A DNA stretch of 57,449 bases from contig JAIRLU010000125.1 of the NCBI GenBank assembly GCA_031259215.1, positions 1-57,449 of the forward strand. Direction: 5' to 3'. Each line of letters begins with the position of its first letter. Within the stretch, counting starts at the first letter, position 1. Below the pieces are notes generated by a model. It had not been told where the DNA came from. It did no database searches and saw nothing but the letters and a program-made list of their open reading frames with translations. The stretch is from Treponema sp. (GTDB lineage: Bacteria > Spirochaetota > Spirochaetia > Treponematales > Breznakiellaceae). Made by a program: the position numbers and the translations under genes. This document shows, piece by piece, positions 1 to 8,428 of the stretch.

Positions 1-1
1 T

Positions 2-755
2 TATCATGGTATTAGCGCCTGTAAAATGTCCGCATCGCGGAACCGACAAGGTAAAGAAGAACGGAACAGCCAAGAATGGAAAACAACGCTTTTTGTGTTG
101 CAATGAAACGTGCCGGCATAAGACCTTTGTTGAGCATTATACCTACAACCCATAGGATCCAACTATCCGTTCACGCATATTTTTTCGATAGTCAACGGGA
201 GCGGAACGCGGGCAACAGCCAGAACCCTCGGGATAGCCAAAGACATCGTTACCGACGCGTTGAGGAGTATAGAAACATTGGTATGGTATGTCAATTAGGA
301 TTACCAAAACAGTCACCGGAACGGCGATATTACGGCTGAGTTTATGCCGGCTAATGGGGTCGAAACGGACGAAATGTGGGGTTTTGTCGGGGACAAATCT
401 CATCAGTATTGGCTTTGGGTGGGCAATAGACCATAATTCAGGTGAGCCTTTGGCATTTCATTTCGGCACAGGGGAACCTGAAAACCTGGATGAACTTTGA
501 TCGTTCCGGTCGCCGTTTGCTATAAAGATAGTATACTCCGATACTAATTACGCATACCAGTCACGTATTACGAACAGCGAAGTAGACACGGGCAAAGAAA
601 ACAGACAACAGATAGAGAGAAACCACCTGTCGTTACGGACGTGGTGTTCCCGATTAGTGAGAAAGGGCATTGGTTTTTCCAAAGACCATCGTATGCACAA
701 AATCGTTGTAGCTCTTGTTATTAACTTGTGGTTTTTCCAGCGAATTATTTGGTAA
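2..755 (+). pseudogene. IS1-family transposase remnant with InsA-like zinc-finger/HTH and InsB-like catalytic parts. It is broken by stops and frame changes.
   Basis: Manual three-frame reading. Frame 3 gives VKCPHRGTDKVKKNGTAKNGKQRFLCCNETCRHKTF (InsA-type finger, first Cys pair damaged), followed by a stop. Other frames give ARTLGIAKDIVTDALRSIE and VETDEMWGFVGDKSHQYWLWWAIDHNSGEPLAFHFG (ORF 288..500). A further piece reads VYSDTNYAYQSRI..TGKENRQQIERNHLSLRTWCSRLVRKGIGFSKDHRMHKIVVALVINLWF and ends at TAA 753..755. Confidence 0.7.
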
Positions 756-816
756 ACAACATCTTTCGCCCACTACCATATTTTTTAAGGTTTTTTGTAT
801 ACAATCCGAAAATATG

Positions 817-1017
817 CATATGGAAGGATATACGGCCTCTGAAATGGCTGAAATACTTAATTTGCCCCTTAAAACGGTAAAATTACGATTGTTCCGTAAA
901 GGCTTAAAACCAAAAACTCATGAATCGTTGTATGATAAATCCGCACTAGACACAATTCGCGAAGCCCCAATGGGCCGCCCGCCTAAAGCGAAGCAACCGG
1001 AACCCAAAAAATCCTAA
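817..1017 (+). CDS. Small helix-turn-helix DNA-binding protein (sigma-70 region-4-like HTH) with a basic tail.
   Basis: Inner Met of ORF 715..1017. The sequence GYTASEMAEILNLPLKTVKLRLFRKG resembles region-4 / excisionase-type HTH motifs. The C-terminal PMGRPPKAKQPEPKKS is basic. Confidence 0.4.
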   Translation, partial: HMEGYTASEMAEILNLPLKTVKLRLFRKGLKPKTHESLYDKSALDTIREAPMGRPPKAKQPEPKKS

Positions 1018-1077
1018 AAAACAGCCCCTCAAAAAATTTGAAATGTTTTTGAAAAATTGTTTGAATATACAATATAA

Positions 1078-1275
1078 ATGTTGTATATTGGAAGCATCAC
1101 GGCGAAGGAGATTATGGATACCCTCAAAGCCAACGGCTGGACCCTTGACCGTGTCAAAGATTCCCATTATGTGTTTGTCAAATCCGGTTGCCGCCCGGTT
1201 TCGGTTCCCTTTCACGGAAACAGGGACATCGGAAACTTCCCTGCCAGAATTTTGAAAGAAGCCGGTATTACATAA
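1078..1275 (+). CDS. hicA: HicA-family toxin (mRNA interferase) of a type II TA system.
   Basis: 65 aa. Motifs are KEIMDTLKANGWTLDRVKDSHYVFVK...VPFHGNRDIGNFPARILKEAGI, the YcfA/HicA pattern including the catalytic His. The gene lies 12 nt upstream of hicB. Confidence 0.85.
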   Translation: MLYIGSITAKEIMDTLKANGWTLDRVKDSHYVFVKSGCRPVSVPFHGNRDIGNFPARILKEAGIT

Positions 1276-1287
1276 GAGGAGGCCTCT

Positions 1288-1689
1288 GTGGTTTATAACT
1301 GCGTTATCGAAAAGGAAGGAGATGAGTACATTGTCCAGTTTCCGGATATGCCTAACATTGTTACCTGTGGATTTACCCAGGAGGAAGCTCTGGCCATGGC
1401 GAAAGAAGCTCTTGACAGCTGCCTTGAAGCCGATATTTCCCAGGGTGGTCTCATCCCACCCCCGGCTTTTACAGAGGGATACCCTATAACTGTTGCAAGC
1501 CATATTGCTTTGTCCCTCAGGCTCCGTGAACTGCGGGGCGAACAAAGCCAAACCGATATTGCCCGCAAATTGGGACTTTCCTATCAGGCCTACCAGCGTC
1601 TTGAGAATCCCCGAAAGGCAAACCCCACGGTCAAGACCCTTGAGCGAATCGCCCATGTCTATGGCCGGGAATTGAGTATCTCTATCTAA
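1288..1689 (+). CDS. hicB: HicB-family antitoxin with a C-terminal XRE-type HTH.
   Basis: GTG start preceded by AGAGGAGG. The N-terminal YNCVIEKEGDEYIVQFPDMPNIVTCGFTQEEALAMAKEAL matches the HicB fold pattern. The C-terminal LRELRGEQSQTDIARKLGLSYQAYQRLENP is an XRE-type HTH. Confidence 0.85.
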   Translation: MVYNCVIEKEGDEYIVQFPDMPNIVTCGFTQEEALAMAKEALDSCLEADISQGGLIPPPAFTEGYPITVASHIALSLRLRELRGEQSQTDIARKLGLSYQAYQRLENPRKANPTVKTLERIAHVYGRELSISI

Positions 1690-1776
1690 AGCCTGGATCG
1701 TTCCTGCTCTTGAAGCCATCTGTAAAGGTCGTCTCAAGCAGGAATAGCTCATGCTGTGTCCCCACTTTCCTTGGAT

Positions 1777-2990
1777 TTAATCTTGCCGATTCTCATGTCG
1801 GTAATCATAGCTTTGACCTTGTAATAATCTGCTCCTACCTCTGTCCCGAATCGTTTTGTCGGTGGCATACAGATAACACTTCGTTGTCTTGAGATCCGAA
1901 TGTCTAAGGATATCCTGGATATACCGGAGCGAGACCCCGTGCTCTTCCAGAATCAATGCCAGCGAGCGTCGGCTGCTATGTGGCACAATCTGCCGGCCTT
2001 TCAGCTCTATCCCCGCCCGGATAAGCCACTTTTTGAACCGTCCCTTGATCCAGGAAGGACCAGGAGTAGTCCCATCCTTGAACGAGAACACGAACTCGTG
2101 CTGACCGTGCTCATTCCAGAGGTTTTTGATCGCCTCCTGCAGCACTTTATCAAACGGAGCAACCCGTTCCCGCTTTCCCTTCGGTGAACCAAGTACCCGG
2201 TTTCTGCGATCAAAATTCTGCCATGCCCGGCATACGATAATTTTCGGTGTACACCAATCCAGTCGCCGCAGTCCAGCAAGGAACATTGCCCCGCAGACAG
2301 CTATGTCCATGGTATCACATAACACTCCCGGGGAAAACAGCTTGATGACTTCGACTTCCAGTAAAGTGTCTCGATCCTGGTGGTGGATGTTTTTGGGCGG
2401 ATCAATACTTTGGAAAGGGTTATACCAAAACGGACGTTCCCGAACGTAGACCTTGAACGCCTTGCGGACGAACTACATACCCTTATCAAAAATATCCGTA
2501 CCAGTCATTTTTTGGCTTTGGCCTTTAACCGGCTTCCCTGTAATTCCCGCATACCCATCCGATTTATAAATTGCAATACGTCGGTAACTTCTACCTAAGC
2601 CATCATCAGATCCATGAAGGGATGTCCTTGATATGGGTGTCGAGCAAGCTTTTATACCGGTCCACAGACTGCACGGAATAGGGCCGGTTTTTGGCAATAT
2701 TCAGCGCCGCTTTCGGACTTTCGATGATGGATGTGAACCAACGAAACCATTCGCCAACCAAAACATTTCCCTTGGTGAAGGCTGTCTGGCAGTCAGAGTT
2801 CTTGAGAAAGGCAATGAGCGCCAGCTTCAGCCGCAGCTCTGGTCCGTGGATTATCAGCTCCACCGAAAAATTCTGGAAGCTCTTGCGCTGCCATTCCCGA
2901 CAGACCCGAACAGGAAGCCCAGACCGTGGATTGATGGTAAGAAGGAAGGTTTTCGATCCCTTCCGCTGCTGGATTACATAAAGTTTCTGA
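1777..2990 (-). pseudogene. Tyrosine recombinase (phage-type integrase) pseudogene. The catalytic domain is readable and the N-terminal half is broken.
   Basis: The C-terminal frame (1777..~2470) carries GLRRLDW, HSSRRS and ILRHSDLKTTKCYLYAT (R..HxxR..H..Y). An in-frame TAG lies at 2473..2475. The N-terminal SAM-like part (YSVQSVDRYKSLLDTHIKD, ORF 2606..2863, open upstream to ~2990) is in another frame. Confidence 0.75.
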
Positions 2991-3114
2991 GGGCGTGACG
3001 TTTTTTTCTCCTAAAAGAGAAAAATACCTGCACAATAAGTACACGGTTTCACGCCTTTCAAGTATCAACAAAAATCTTATATCTATAATTCCTTATATTA
3101 TAAAGAATTATGTA

Positions 3115-3188
3115 TGGGCCTTCCTGGACTTGAACCAGGGACCTACGGATTATGAGTCCGCAGCTCTAACCAACTGAGCTAAAGGCCC
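3115..3188 (-). tRNA. tRNA with anticodon CAT: elongator Met or lysidine-modified Ile2, not distinguishable by eye.
   Basis: The reverse complement folds as a 74-nt cloverleaf: GGGCCTT TA GCTC AGTTGGTTA GAGC T GCGGA CTCATAA TCCGT AGGTC CCTGG TTCAAGT CCAGG AAGGCCC A. No CCA is encoded. Confidence 0.9.
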
Positions 3189-3480
3189 CCATACAGAGAA
3201 TTAAAATATACTTCATTATATATAAAAAAGTCAAGCCCCCGCGTTGCACTATCAACGACCAATAGAAATGTTACATCAAGCGGCGGTGGTCCTCGGCTGT
3301 TTGACCCCCTGCTTTGGCAGTATCTCCTTGATTTTGAGCGGCTTCCTTTTGCTTGCGCCGATTCCAAACGATAAAGAGTTCCAGCCCTGTTCCGTCCGAT
3401 ACACCCTATCCCTAAGTAAGGGGGATTGAAAAAGCAGGTTCTCCCGGTATTCATTCGACCACGCCATCTGTTTCCTCTGC

Positions 3481-3562
3481 CGCAGGATAAACGCATAGCA
3501 ATTCCTGTTTGTTAATTCGTTATACAGTAAAGAATTAGCAAATCCTATGCGTTTATCCTGCG
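3481..3562. repeat. Perfect 18-bp inverted repeat with a 46-nt spacer, located upstream of clpS.
   Basis: CGCAGGATAAACGCATAG (3481..3498) is the exact reverse complement of CTATGCGTTTATCCTGCG (3545..3562). Confidence 0.9.
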
Positions 3563-3609
3563 TTGATGTTACTATTGTGTTTTTACCCGGTTTCGGGTAT
3601 GCTAGAATT

Positions 3610-3921
3610 ATGTCTTTACATACCAAGAATGGTACGTTATTTGCCACCAAAAAGGCGGAAAAATTCAAGGAACCAGAAGAATTCCGGGTGATATTGTGCA
3701 ATGATCATTATACCACTATGGATTTTGTGGTGGAAATTTTGATCGCCGTGTTCCATAAAGATCACCTTGAGGCTAATCGTATCATGTTGGAGGTACACCG
3801 AAAAGGACGAGGTGTGGTAGGACAATACCCCTGGGATATAGCCAAAACCAAGGCCCAACAGGTACATATCTTGGCCCAGCAGCATGAATTTCCTCTCCGA
3901 TGTCTTGTAGAACCCCTGTAA
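3610..3921 (+). CDS. clpS: ATP-dependent Clp protease adaptor ClpS.
   Basis: FRVILCNDHYTTMDFVVEILIAVFHKDHLEANRIMLEVHRKGRGVVGQYPWDIAKTKAQQV is the ClpS core. The start is placed at the inner Met (MSLHTKNG), because the longer ORF begins inside the 18-bp repeat arm. Confidence 0.85.
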   Translation: MSLHTKNGTLFATKKAEKFKEPEEFRVILCNDHYTTMDFVVEILIAVFHKDHLEANRIMLEVHRKGRGVVGQYPWDIAKTKAQQVHILAQQHEFPLRCLVEPL

Positions 3922-4098
3922 GGGAAAGACCGGTTCATATCTGAGGGTGCTATGATCCTATCAGTCTGTTGGGGTGTTTAAGTAAGCCCCGCTCCCCTGA
4001 GTGGTAGGAAGTATAAGTCAAGGTCTTGTACCGGTTGTATCTAGGTAGAAGGGGCATAGGGCCTCAGTGGACGTTAGCCTGCCTTCTTGGAGGTATTT

Positions 4099-4210
4099 GA
4101 CTTGTTCGATAACCTGGTTGGTTCTCGAACAAGTCTTGCAAAATGCTCCGCATTTTGCTGTTTTTTATCGGAATTTGTTCAAAAACTTCAGTTTTTGAAC
4201 AACTCTATTG
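4099..4210 (+). repeat. Composite three-hairpin repeat, copy A.
   Basis: Hairpin 1: 4099..4109 pairs with 4125..4135 (11 bp), loop TAACCTGGTTGGTTC. Hairpin 2: 4138..4146 pairs with 4150..4158 (9 bp), followed by TGTTTTTT. Hairpin 3: 4175..4186 pairs with 4191..4202 (12 bp). The copy ends in CTCTATTG. Confidence 0.9.
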
Positions 4211-4503
4211 TATGCCCTAGGGTTTTCGATTTCCCGATTTTAATTCGACCAAACAAAATTGGATAAAATTAAGGACATCCGTAACTATGTAACAGTTACT
4301 TGTTTATAATATCAGAACATAATCACCATGATATTGTATATTTTGATTGAACCCTCTTTAGATGTACTTGTATGGAATAAAGAATTTAGGAAATACAAAT
4401 TTACCATAAAACTCATAGTGTTTTATTAGATTTAGTATTATAATTTAATTAGTAGTATTTTTTAACGTAAAGAGCTGGTCCATGCTCTGAGTAGGGAGTA
4501 AAA

Positions 4504-7011
4504 ATGAAAATCAGCGGCCATGTACAGGCCATTATAAACGCCGCCTATCATGAGGCTAAAGTGCGTAATCATGAGTACCTGACGCCGGAACATATACTAT
4601 ATGCAGCATTAGCCTTTGATGAAGTCCAGGGTATCCTGTCCGCTTGTGGTGCCAATCTGGATATGCTTAAAGATGGTATGGAAAATTATTTTAAGCAGAA
4701 AGTCCCCAGTATCGGTGATACCGAGCCAACCCAAACCGTGGGATTTCAGAGTGTCATTGAACGAGCCGTGCTCCAAAGCCAGGCTTCTCAGAAACATATC
4801 TTAGATGTGGCAGATATTCTTGTATCCCTGTATGATGAAGAACAAAATTATTGCGCCTATTATTTACGTAAACTGGGGGTTAAACGCTTTGAACTCCTTA
4901 ATGTCCTTTCTCATGGATTCGATGGAGAGCGGCCTTTTCTCTTTAATAAAATGAACGGCAGTGGGCTACAAGAGAGAAAAGAGGATGCGCTTGATGAGGA
5001 AGGAACAGATCCGACTCAAAAAACCAAAGCGAATAAACGGAGTGCCCTAGAACGATATGCTACGGAACTTACTGCCCTGGCCAAGGAGCATAAGCTTGAA
5101 CCGGTTATAGGCAGAGAAATGGAGTTAGACCGGACCGTCCAAGTGCTTTGCAGGCGGCTTAAGAATAATCCCGTGCATGTAGGGGATTCAGGGGTGGGAA
5201 AAACCGCCATCACCGAAGGCCTTGCCCAGCGTATTGTCACGGGGAATGTACCGCCTACCCTCACGAATTTTTCTATCTTTTCCTTGGACATGGGCGCCCT
5301 GGTGGCCGGGACCAAATACCGGGGGGATTTCGAAGAACGGATCAAGCGGGTCATTGAGGAGATACTAAAAAAAGAACGGGCTATCCTTTTTATCGATGAA
5401 ATTCATACCCTCGTAGGGGCGGGGTCTGTTTCAGGAGGGGCTTTGGATGCGTCTAATCTCCTCAAACCAGCTCTTACCTCCGGGAAAATCCGCTGTATTG
5501 GTTCTACCACCCACGAAGAATACAGTAAATTTTTTGATAAGGATCGGGCCTTGTCACGGAGGTTTCAGAAGATCGATATCAATGAACCCAGTGAGCATGA
5601 TGCCATAGCTATCCTCCAGGGACTTAAATCAAAATACGAGGAGTACCATAAGGTTCGTTACAGTGATGAAGCGGTGGAAGGGGCGGTGCGGCTCTCTGCG
5701 CAGTTTATCACCGAACGGCGGCTGCCGGACAAAGCCATTGATGTGATCGATGAAGCCGGTGCCTTTGCCCGGATAGCGGCTTTTAAGCAGAGCGAACAAC
5801 AACGGTTGTTGTATAAAGAGGAGGTAGATCTAGGCAATAAAAATAGCTTATCAAAAAAATTCGCGTTTTTTTTTGATAAGCATGACAAGACAGAGAAAAT
5901 TGAGAAAATAGAAAAGCCCTTGTCTTCTGAAGCAGAGGCTGATAGTCTGGCGCAGGGGGTCTCAGTTCAAGAGGGAACGGTAGAAAGTATTGATATTGGG
6001 CTTCCTCTGATTGAATCGGTGGTTTCCCGGATAGCCCGGATACCGGAGCGGTCCGTAGGAGAAAATGAGAAGGATAAACTTCGCAATCTGGAAGAGCGGC
6101 TCAGAAGGCGGATCTTTGGTCAGGACGAGGCAATTACCATGGTGGTTAAGGCGGTGAAGCGGTCCCGGGCTGGTTTTAGAGCTGAGGGTAAACCCGTGGC
6201 GAATTTTCTTTTTGTAGGCCCTACGGGGGTGGGGAAAACTGAATTAGCCCGAAGCCTTGCCCAGGTGTTGGGGGTTTCCATGCATCGCTTTGATATGAGT
6301 GAATATCAGGAAAAGCATACCATTTCGAGGCTCATCGGTTCTCCTCCTGGTTATGTGGGGTATGAAGAAGGGGGTCTCTTGACCGATGCCATACGGAAGC
6401 AGCCTCATAGTGTGGTCCTTTTAGATGAAATAGAAAAAGCCAACCCGGATATTTATAACATCCTCCTGCAGATCATGGACTATGCCACCCTTACAGACAA
6501 TAACGGCAGGAAAGCGGATTTTCGGAATGTGGTACTCATTATGACCAGCAACGCTGGCGCCCGGGATATTGGTAAGAACCTCATCGGATTTGGGGAGCGG
6601 AGCATTGATGCTTCAGTGGTGGATGGTGCAGTAGAGAAAACCTTTACTCCAGAATTTAGGAACCGTCTGGATGGAGTGGTACGATTCAGTCACCTTTCCC
6701 GGGAAATCATGACATCCATTGTACGCAAAGAATTGGAACTCTTCAAAACGCAATTGGCAGAGAAAAAGGTCACCGTGGAAGTTACCGATACCTGTGTAGA
6801 CCATCTTACCACCGATGGGTACAGCCGAGAATTCGGCGCTCGCAATGTAGGTCGGGTTATTGAGGATAAGATCAAATCCTTCTTTGTGGATGAAGTCCTT
6901 TTCGGCCGCCTTGCAGAAGGGGGAAGCGCCCGGGTTGACTGGACCGAAGGTGCATATCAGATTACCGTGCTTGAGGCTACCAAAACTTTGAAGGTCCTCA
7001 CCCATTCCTAA
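4504..7011 (+). CDS. clpA: ATP-dependent Clp protease ATP-binding subunit ClpA.
   Basis: 835 aa with a Clp_N repeat and two AAA+ modules (GDSGVGKTAI, GPTGVGKTELA). It follows clpS and precedes aat. RBS is GGGAG. Confidence 0.9.
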   Translation: MKISGHVQAIINAAYHEAKVRNHEYLTPEHILYAALAFDEVQGILSACGANLDMLKDGMENYFKQKVPSIGDTEPTQTVGFQSVIERAVLQSQASQKHILDVADILVSLYDEEQNYCAYYLRKLGVKRFELLNVLSHGFDGERPFLFNKMNGSGLQERKEDALDEEGTDPTQKTKANKRSALERYATELTALAKEHKLEPVIGREMELDRTVQVLCRRLKNNPVHVGDSGVGKTAITEGLAQRIVTGNVPPTLTNFSIFSLDMGALVAGTKYRGDFEERIKRVIEEILKKERAILFIDEIHTLVGAGSVSGGALDASNLLKPALTSGKIRCIGSTTHEEYSKFFDKDRALSRRFQKIDINEPSEHDAIAILQGLKSKYEEYHKVRYSDEAVEGAVRLSAQFITERRLPDKAIDVIDEAGAFARIAAFKQSEQQRLLYKEEVDLGNKNSLSKKFAFFFDKHDKTEKIEKIEKPLSSEAEADSLAQGVSVQEGTVESIDIGLPLIESVVSRIARIPERSVGENEKDKLRNLEERLRRRIFGQDEAITMVVKAVKRSRAGFRAEGKPVANFLFVGPTGVGKTELARSLAQVLGVSMHRFDMSEYQEKHTISRLIGSPPGYVGYEEGGLLTDAIRKQPHSVVLLDEIEKANPDIYNILLQIMDYATLTDNNGRKADFRNVVLIMTSNAGARDIGKNLIGFGERSIDASVVDGAVEKTFTPEFRNRLDGVVRFSHLSREIMTSIVRKELELFKTQLAEKKVTVEVTDTCVDHLTTDGYSREFGARNVGRVIEDKIKSFFVDEVLFGRLAEGGSARVDWTEGAYQITVLEATKTLKVLTHS

Positions 7012-7039
7012 ACGCCAAGGGAGGGGTCGAATTTCCGGT

Positions 7040-7816
7040 GTGGATCCTTATTTTCCCTATCTTAGCGAATACGAACGGTATCCTTTTCCTGAGCCGGATG
7101 TATATCTTTGTTGGAATAATAGTATTATCGCCGTAGGAGGTAACCTCTCACCAGGGATGCTCCTTTCCGCCTATGAGCAGGGTATATTTCCCTGGTATAA
7201 TCCAGAAGACCCCATCCTATGGCAGTCTCCGGATCCTCGGATGATCCTCTTTCCAGAAAAGCTCCATATTGGAACTTCTATGAAAAAGGTCTTAAAAAAA
7301 AGATGTTTTGAATTTGCAGTGGACAGGGATTTTACAGGAGTCATACGGGGGTGTGCAGAGATGTTCAGACCAGATCAAGAAGGTACCTGGATTAGCGAGG
7401 ATATCATCGCCGCCTATACGGAACTGCACCGTTTGGGGTGGGCTCATTCTGCGGAAAGCTACCAGCAGGGAGAACTGGTGGGAGGGTGTTACGGTATACG
7501 CCTGGGGAAGGTCTTCTTTGGAGAATCTATGTTTGCCAAGCAATCCAATGCTTCCAAGGCAGCCTTTCTTTCCCTGGCCCAGCGGCTTTTTGCCGATGGG
7601 GTTGCTTTTATTGACTGTCAGGTCTACACCAATCACCTCGCAAGCCTGGGTGCGGAAACCATGAGCCGTAAGGCATTTTTACAACTCCTTAAGGAAACCC
7701 TTGCCTCTCGTCGGCAGATACCGTATACCGGGGATGCTCAGGCCTTTTATACCCAATCAGACGGTATAGATCGGCGGGGAAGCTGGACCTTCACCGCTCT
7801 TGCTGCCCCTGTATGA
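7040..7816 (+). CDS. aat: Leucyl/phenylalanyl-tRNA--protein transferase.
   Basis: GTG start. Motifs GGNLSPGMLLSAYEQGIFPWYNPEDPILWQSPDPRMILFPEKLHI and GESMFAKQSNASKAAF match the Aat family. The N-degron context with clpSA supports the call. Confidence 0.8.
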   Translation: MDPYFPYLSEYERYPFPEPDVYLCWNNSIIAVGGNLSPGMLLSAYEQGIFPWYNPEDPILWQSPDPRMILFPEKLHIGTSMKKVLKKRCFEFAVDRDFTGVIRGCAEMFRPDQEGTWISEDIIAAYTELHRLGWAHSAESYQQGELVGGCYGIRLGKVFFGESMFAKQSNASKAAFLSLAQRLFADGVAFIDCQVYTNHLASLGAETMSRKAFLQLLKETLASRRQIPYTGDAQAFYTQSDGIDRRGSWTFTALAAPV

Positions 7817-7964
7817 GAGTATAGGACCCTATCTCTCAAAGTAATGCTGTTCCCTACCGTTAGGATAAAAAGCATAGAAAAATTGTAGGAAATCAGAATG
7901 CATGCTTTCCTATGAAATAGGTGGTTTTTGTTGTAAATACAACCGACACGTTATAGTCAAAAAA

Positions 7965-8098
7965 GTATAGAGGTTTTTCCAAAATTAAAGGTTTTGGAAA
8001 GGTTACGCTGGATTTATGGGAAGAAACGGGCTGCAGCCCGCTTTTTCAAGAGCCTTTTCTATTGGACCAAAAGTCCGCACTAACCGAGTTTGGGGAAA
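7965..8098 (-). repeat. Composite three-hairpin repeat, copy D (reverse orientation, more degenerate).
   Basis: The reverse complement shows the loop motif AACTCGGTTAGTG and a central CGGGC-TGCA-GCCCG hairpin followed by TTTCTT. Hairpin 3 is TTTCCAAAA/TTTTGGAAA. The copy ends in CCTCTATAC. Confidence 0.6.
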
Positions 8099-8200
8099 TG
8101 TTCTCTATAAACCCTATTTTTGCTATTAGCACTGAGCTACACAAGCATCAGGTGATGTTTGAGATTCCCCTAGTTTTAGAAAAGATCTTTCGAGGTGGAC

Positions 8201-8281
8201 ATGGTACATATCACCATAAATGAAGCCCGATGTACTGGCTGTGGCTTATGTGCAGAGGCATGCCATGAGGCAGCGAATTGA
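8201..8281 (+). pseudogene. Truncated 4Fe-4S ferredoxin-like relic. Decayed sequence probably continues to ~8428.
   Basis: ATG 8201 gives MVHITINEARCTGCGLCAEACHEAAN followed by TGA at 8279..8281. This is one CxxCxxCxxxC cluster motif and then multiple stops in all frames. A possible second-cluster trace (CSKACVP) lies in another frame. Confidence 0.45.
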
Positions 8282-8428
8282 AGGCGAAATGCTGAATGAG
8301 TGAAACCAACGCCTCCAGCTTTAACTGGGGGCAAGTACTTCTTTGCTGATTACTATGGGATCGAGAAGTACACCCTTCTGAATCGTGCTCCAAGGCTTGT
8401 GTACCCCTCGCCTCCCTTGGTTTAAAAA

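Larger units (their letters stand above)
1..3114. mobile_element. Remnant of an integrative island inserted at the 3' end of tRNA(CAT). It contains an IS1 wreck, an HTH gene, hicAB and a broken integrase. The left boundary lies outside the window.
   Basis: The integrase pseudogene abuts the 3' end of the tRNA at 3115. The cargo is typical accessory content (TA pair, IS fragment). No attL/attR pair is visible inside the window. Confidence 0.5.

Noticed and set aside
946-1752. 268-aa minus-strand ORF covering the whole hicA-hicB region.
   Set aside because: It is antisense to two well-supported TA genes, has no recognisable motif and is low-complexity. I treat it as a shadow ORF.
3179-3701. 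Minus-strand ORFs 3179..3496 (105 aa) and 3276..3701 (141 aa), between the tRNA and clpS.
   Set aside because: They overlap the tRNA or the clpS start and have Arg/Gly-rich or broken sequence. A faint RelE/ParE-like trace (DRVYRTEQG / ELFIVWNRRKQ, split over two frames) is too weak to call.
5776-6001. An insertion of about 75 aa in the ClpA D1-D2 linker, including EKIEKIEK (a short 9-nt tandem repeat at about 5893..5915).
   Set aside because: Low-complexity linker expansion inside an otherwise intact gene. It is probably lineage-specific and is not a separate feature.
8279-8281. TGA ending the ferredoxin fragment, considered as a possible selenocysteine or recoding site.
   Set aside because: The downstream frame closes again after 8 codons and no SECIS-like hairpin follows. 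Multiple frames are broken, which is consistent with decay.
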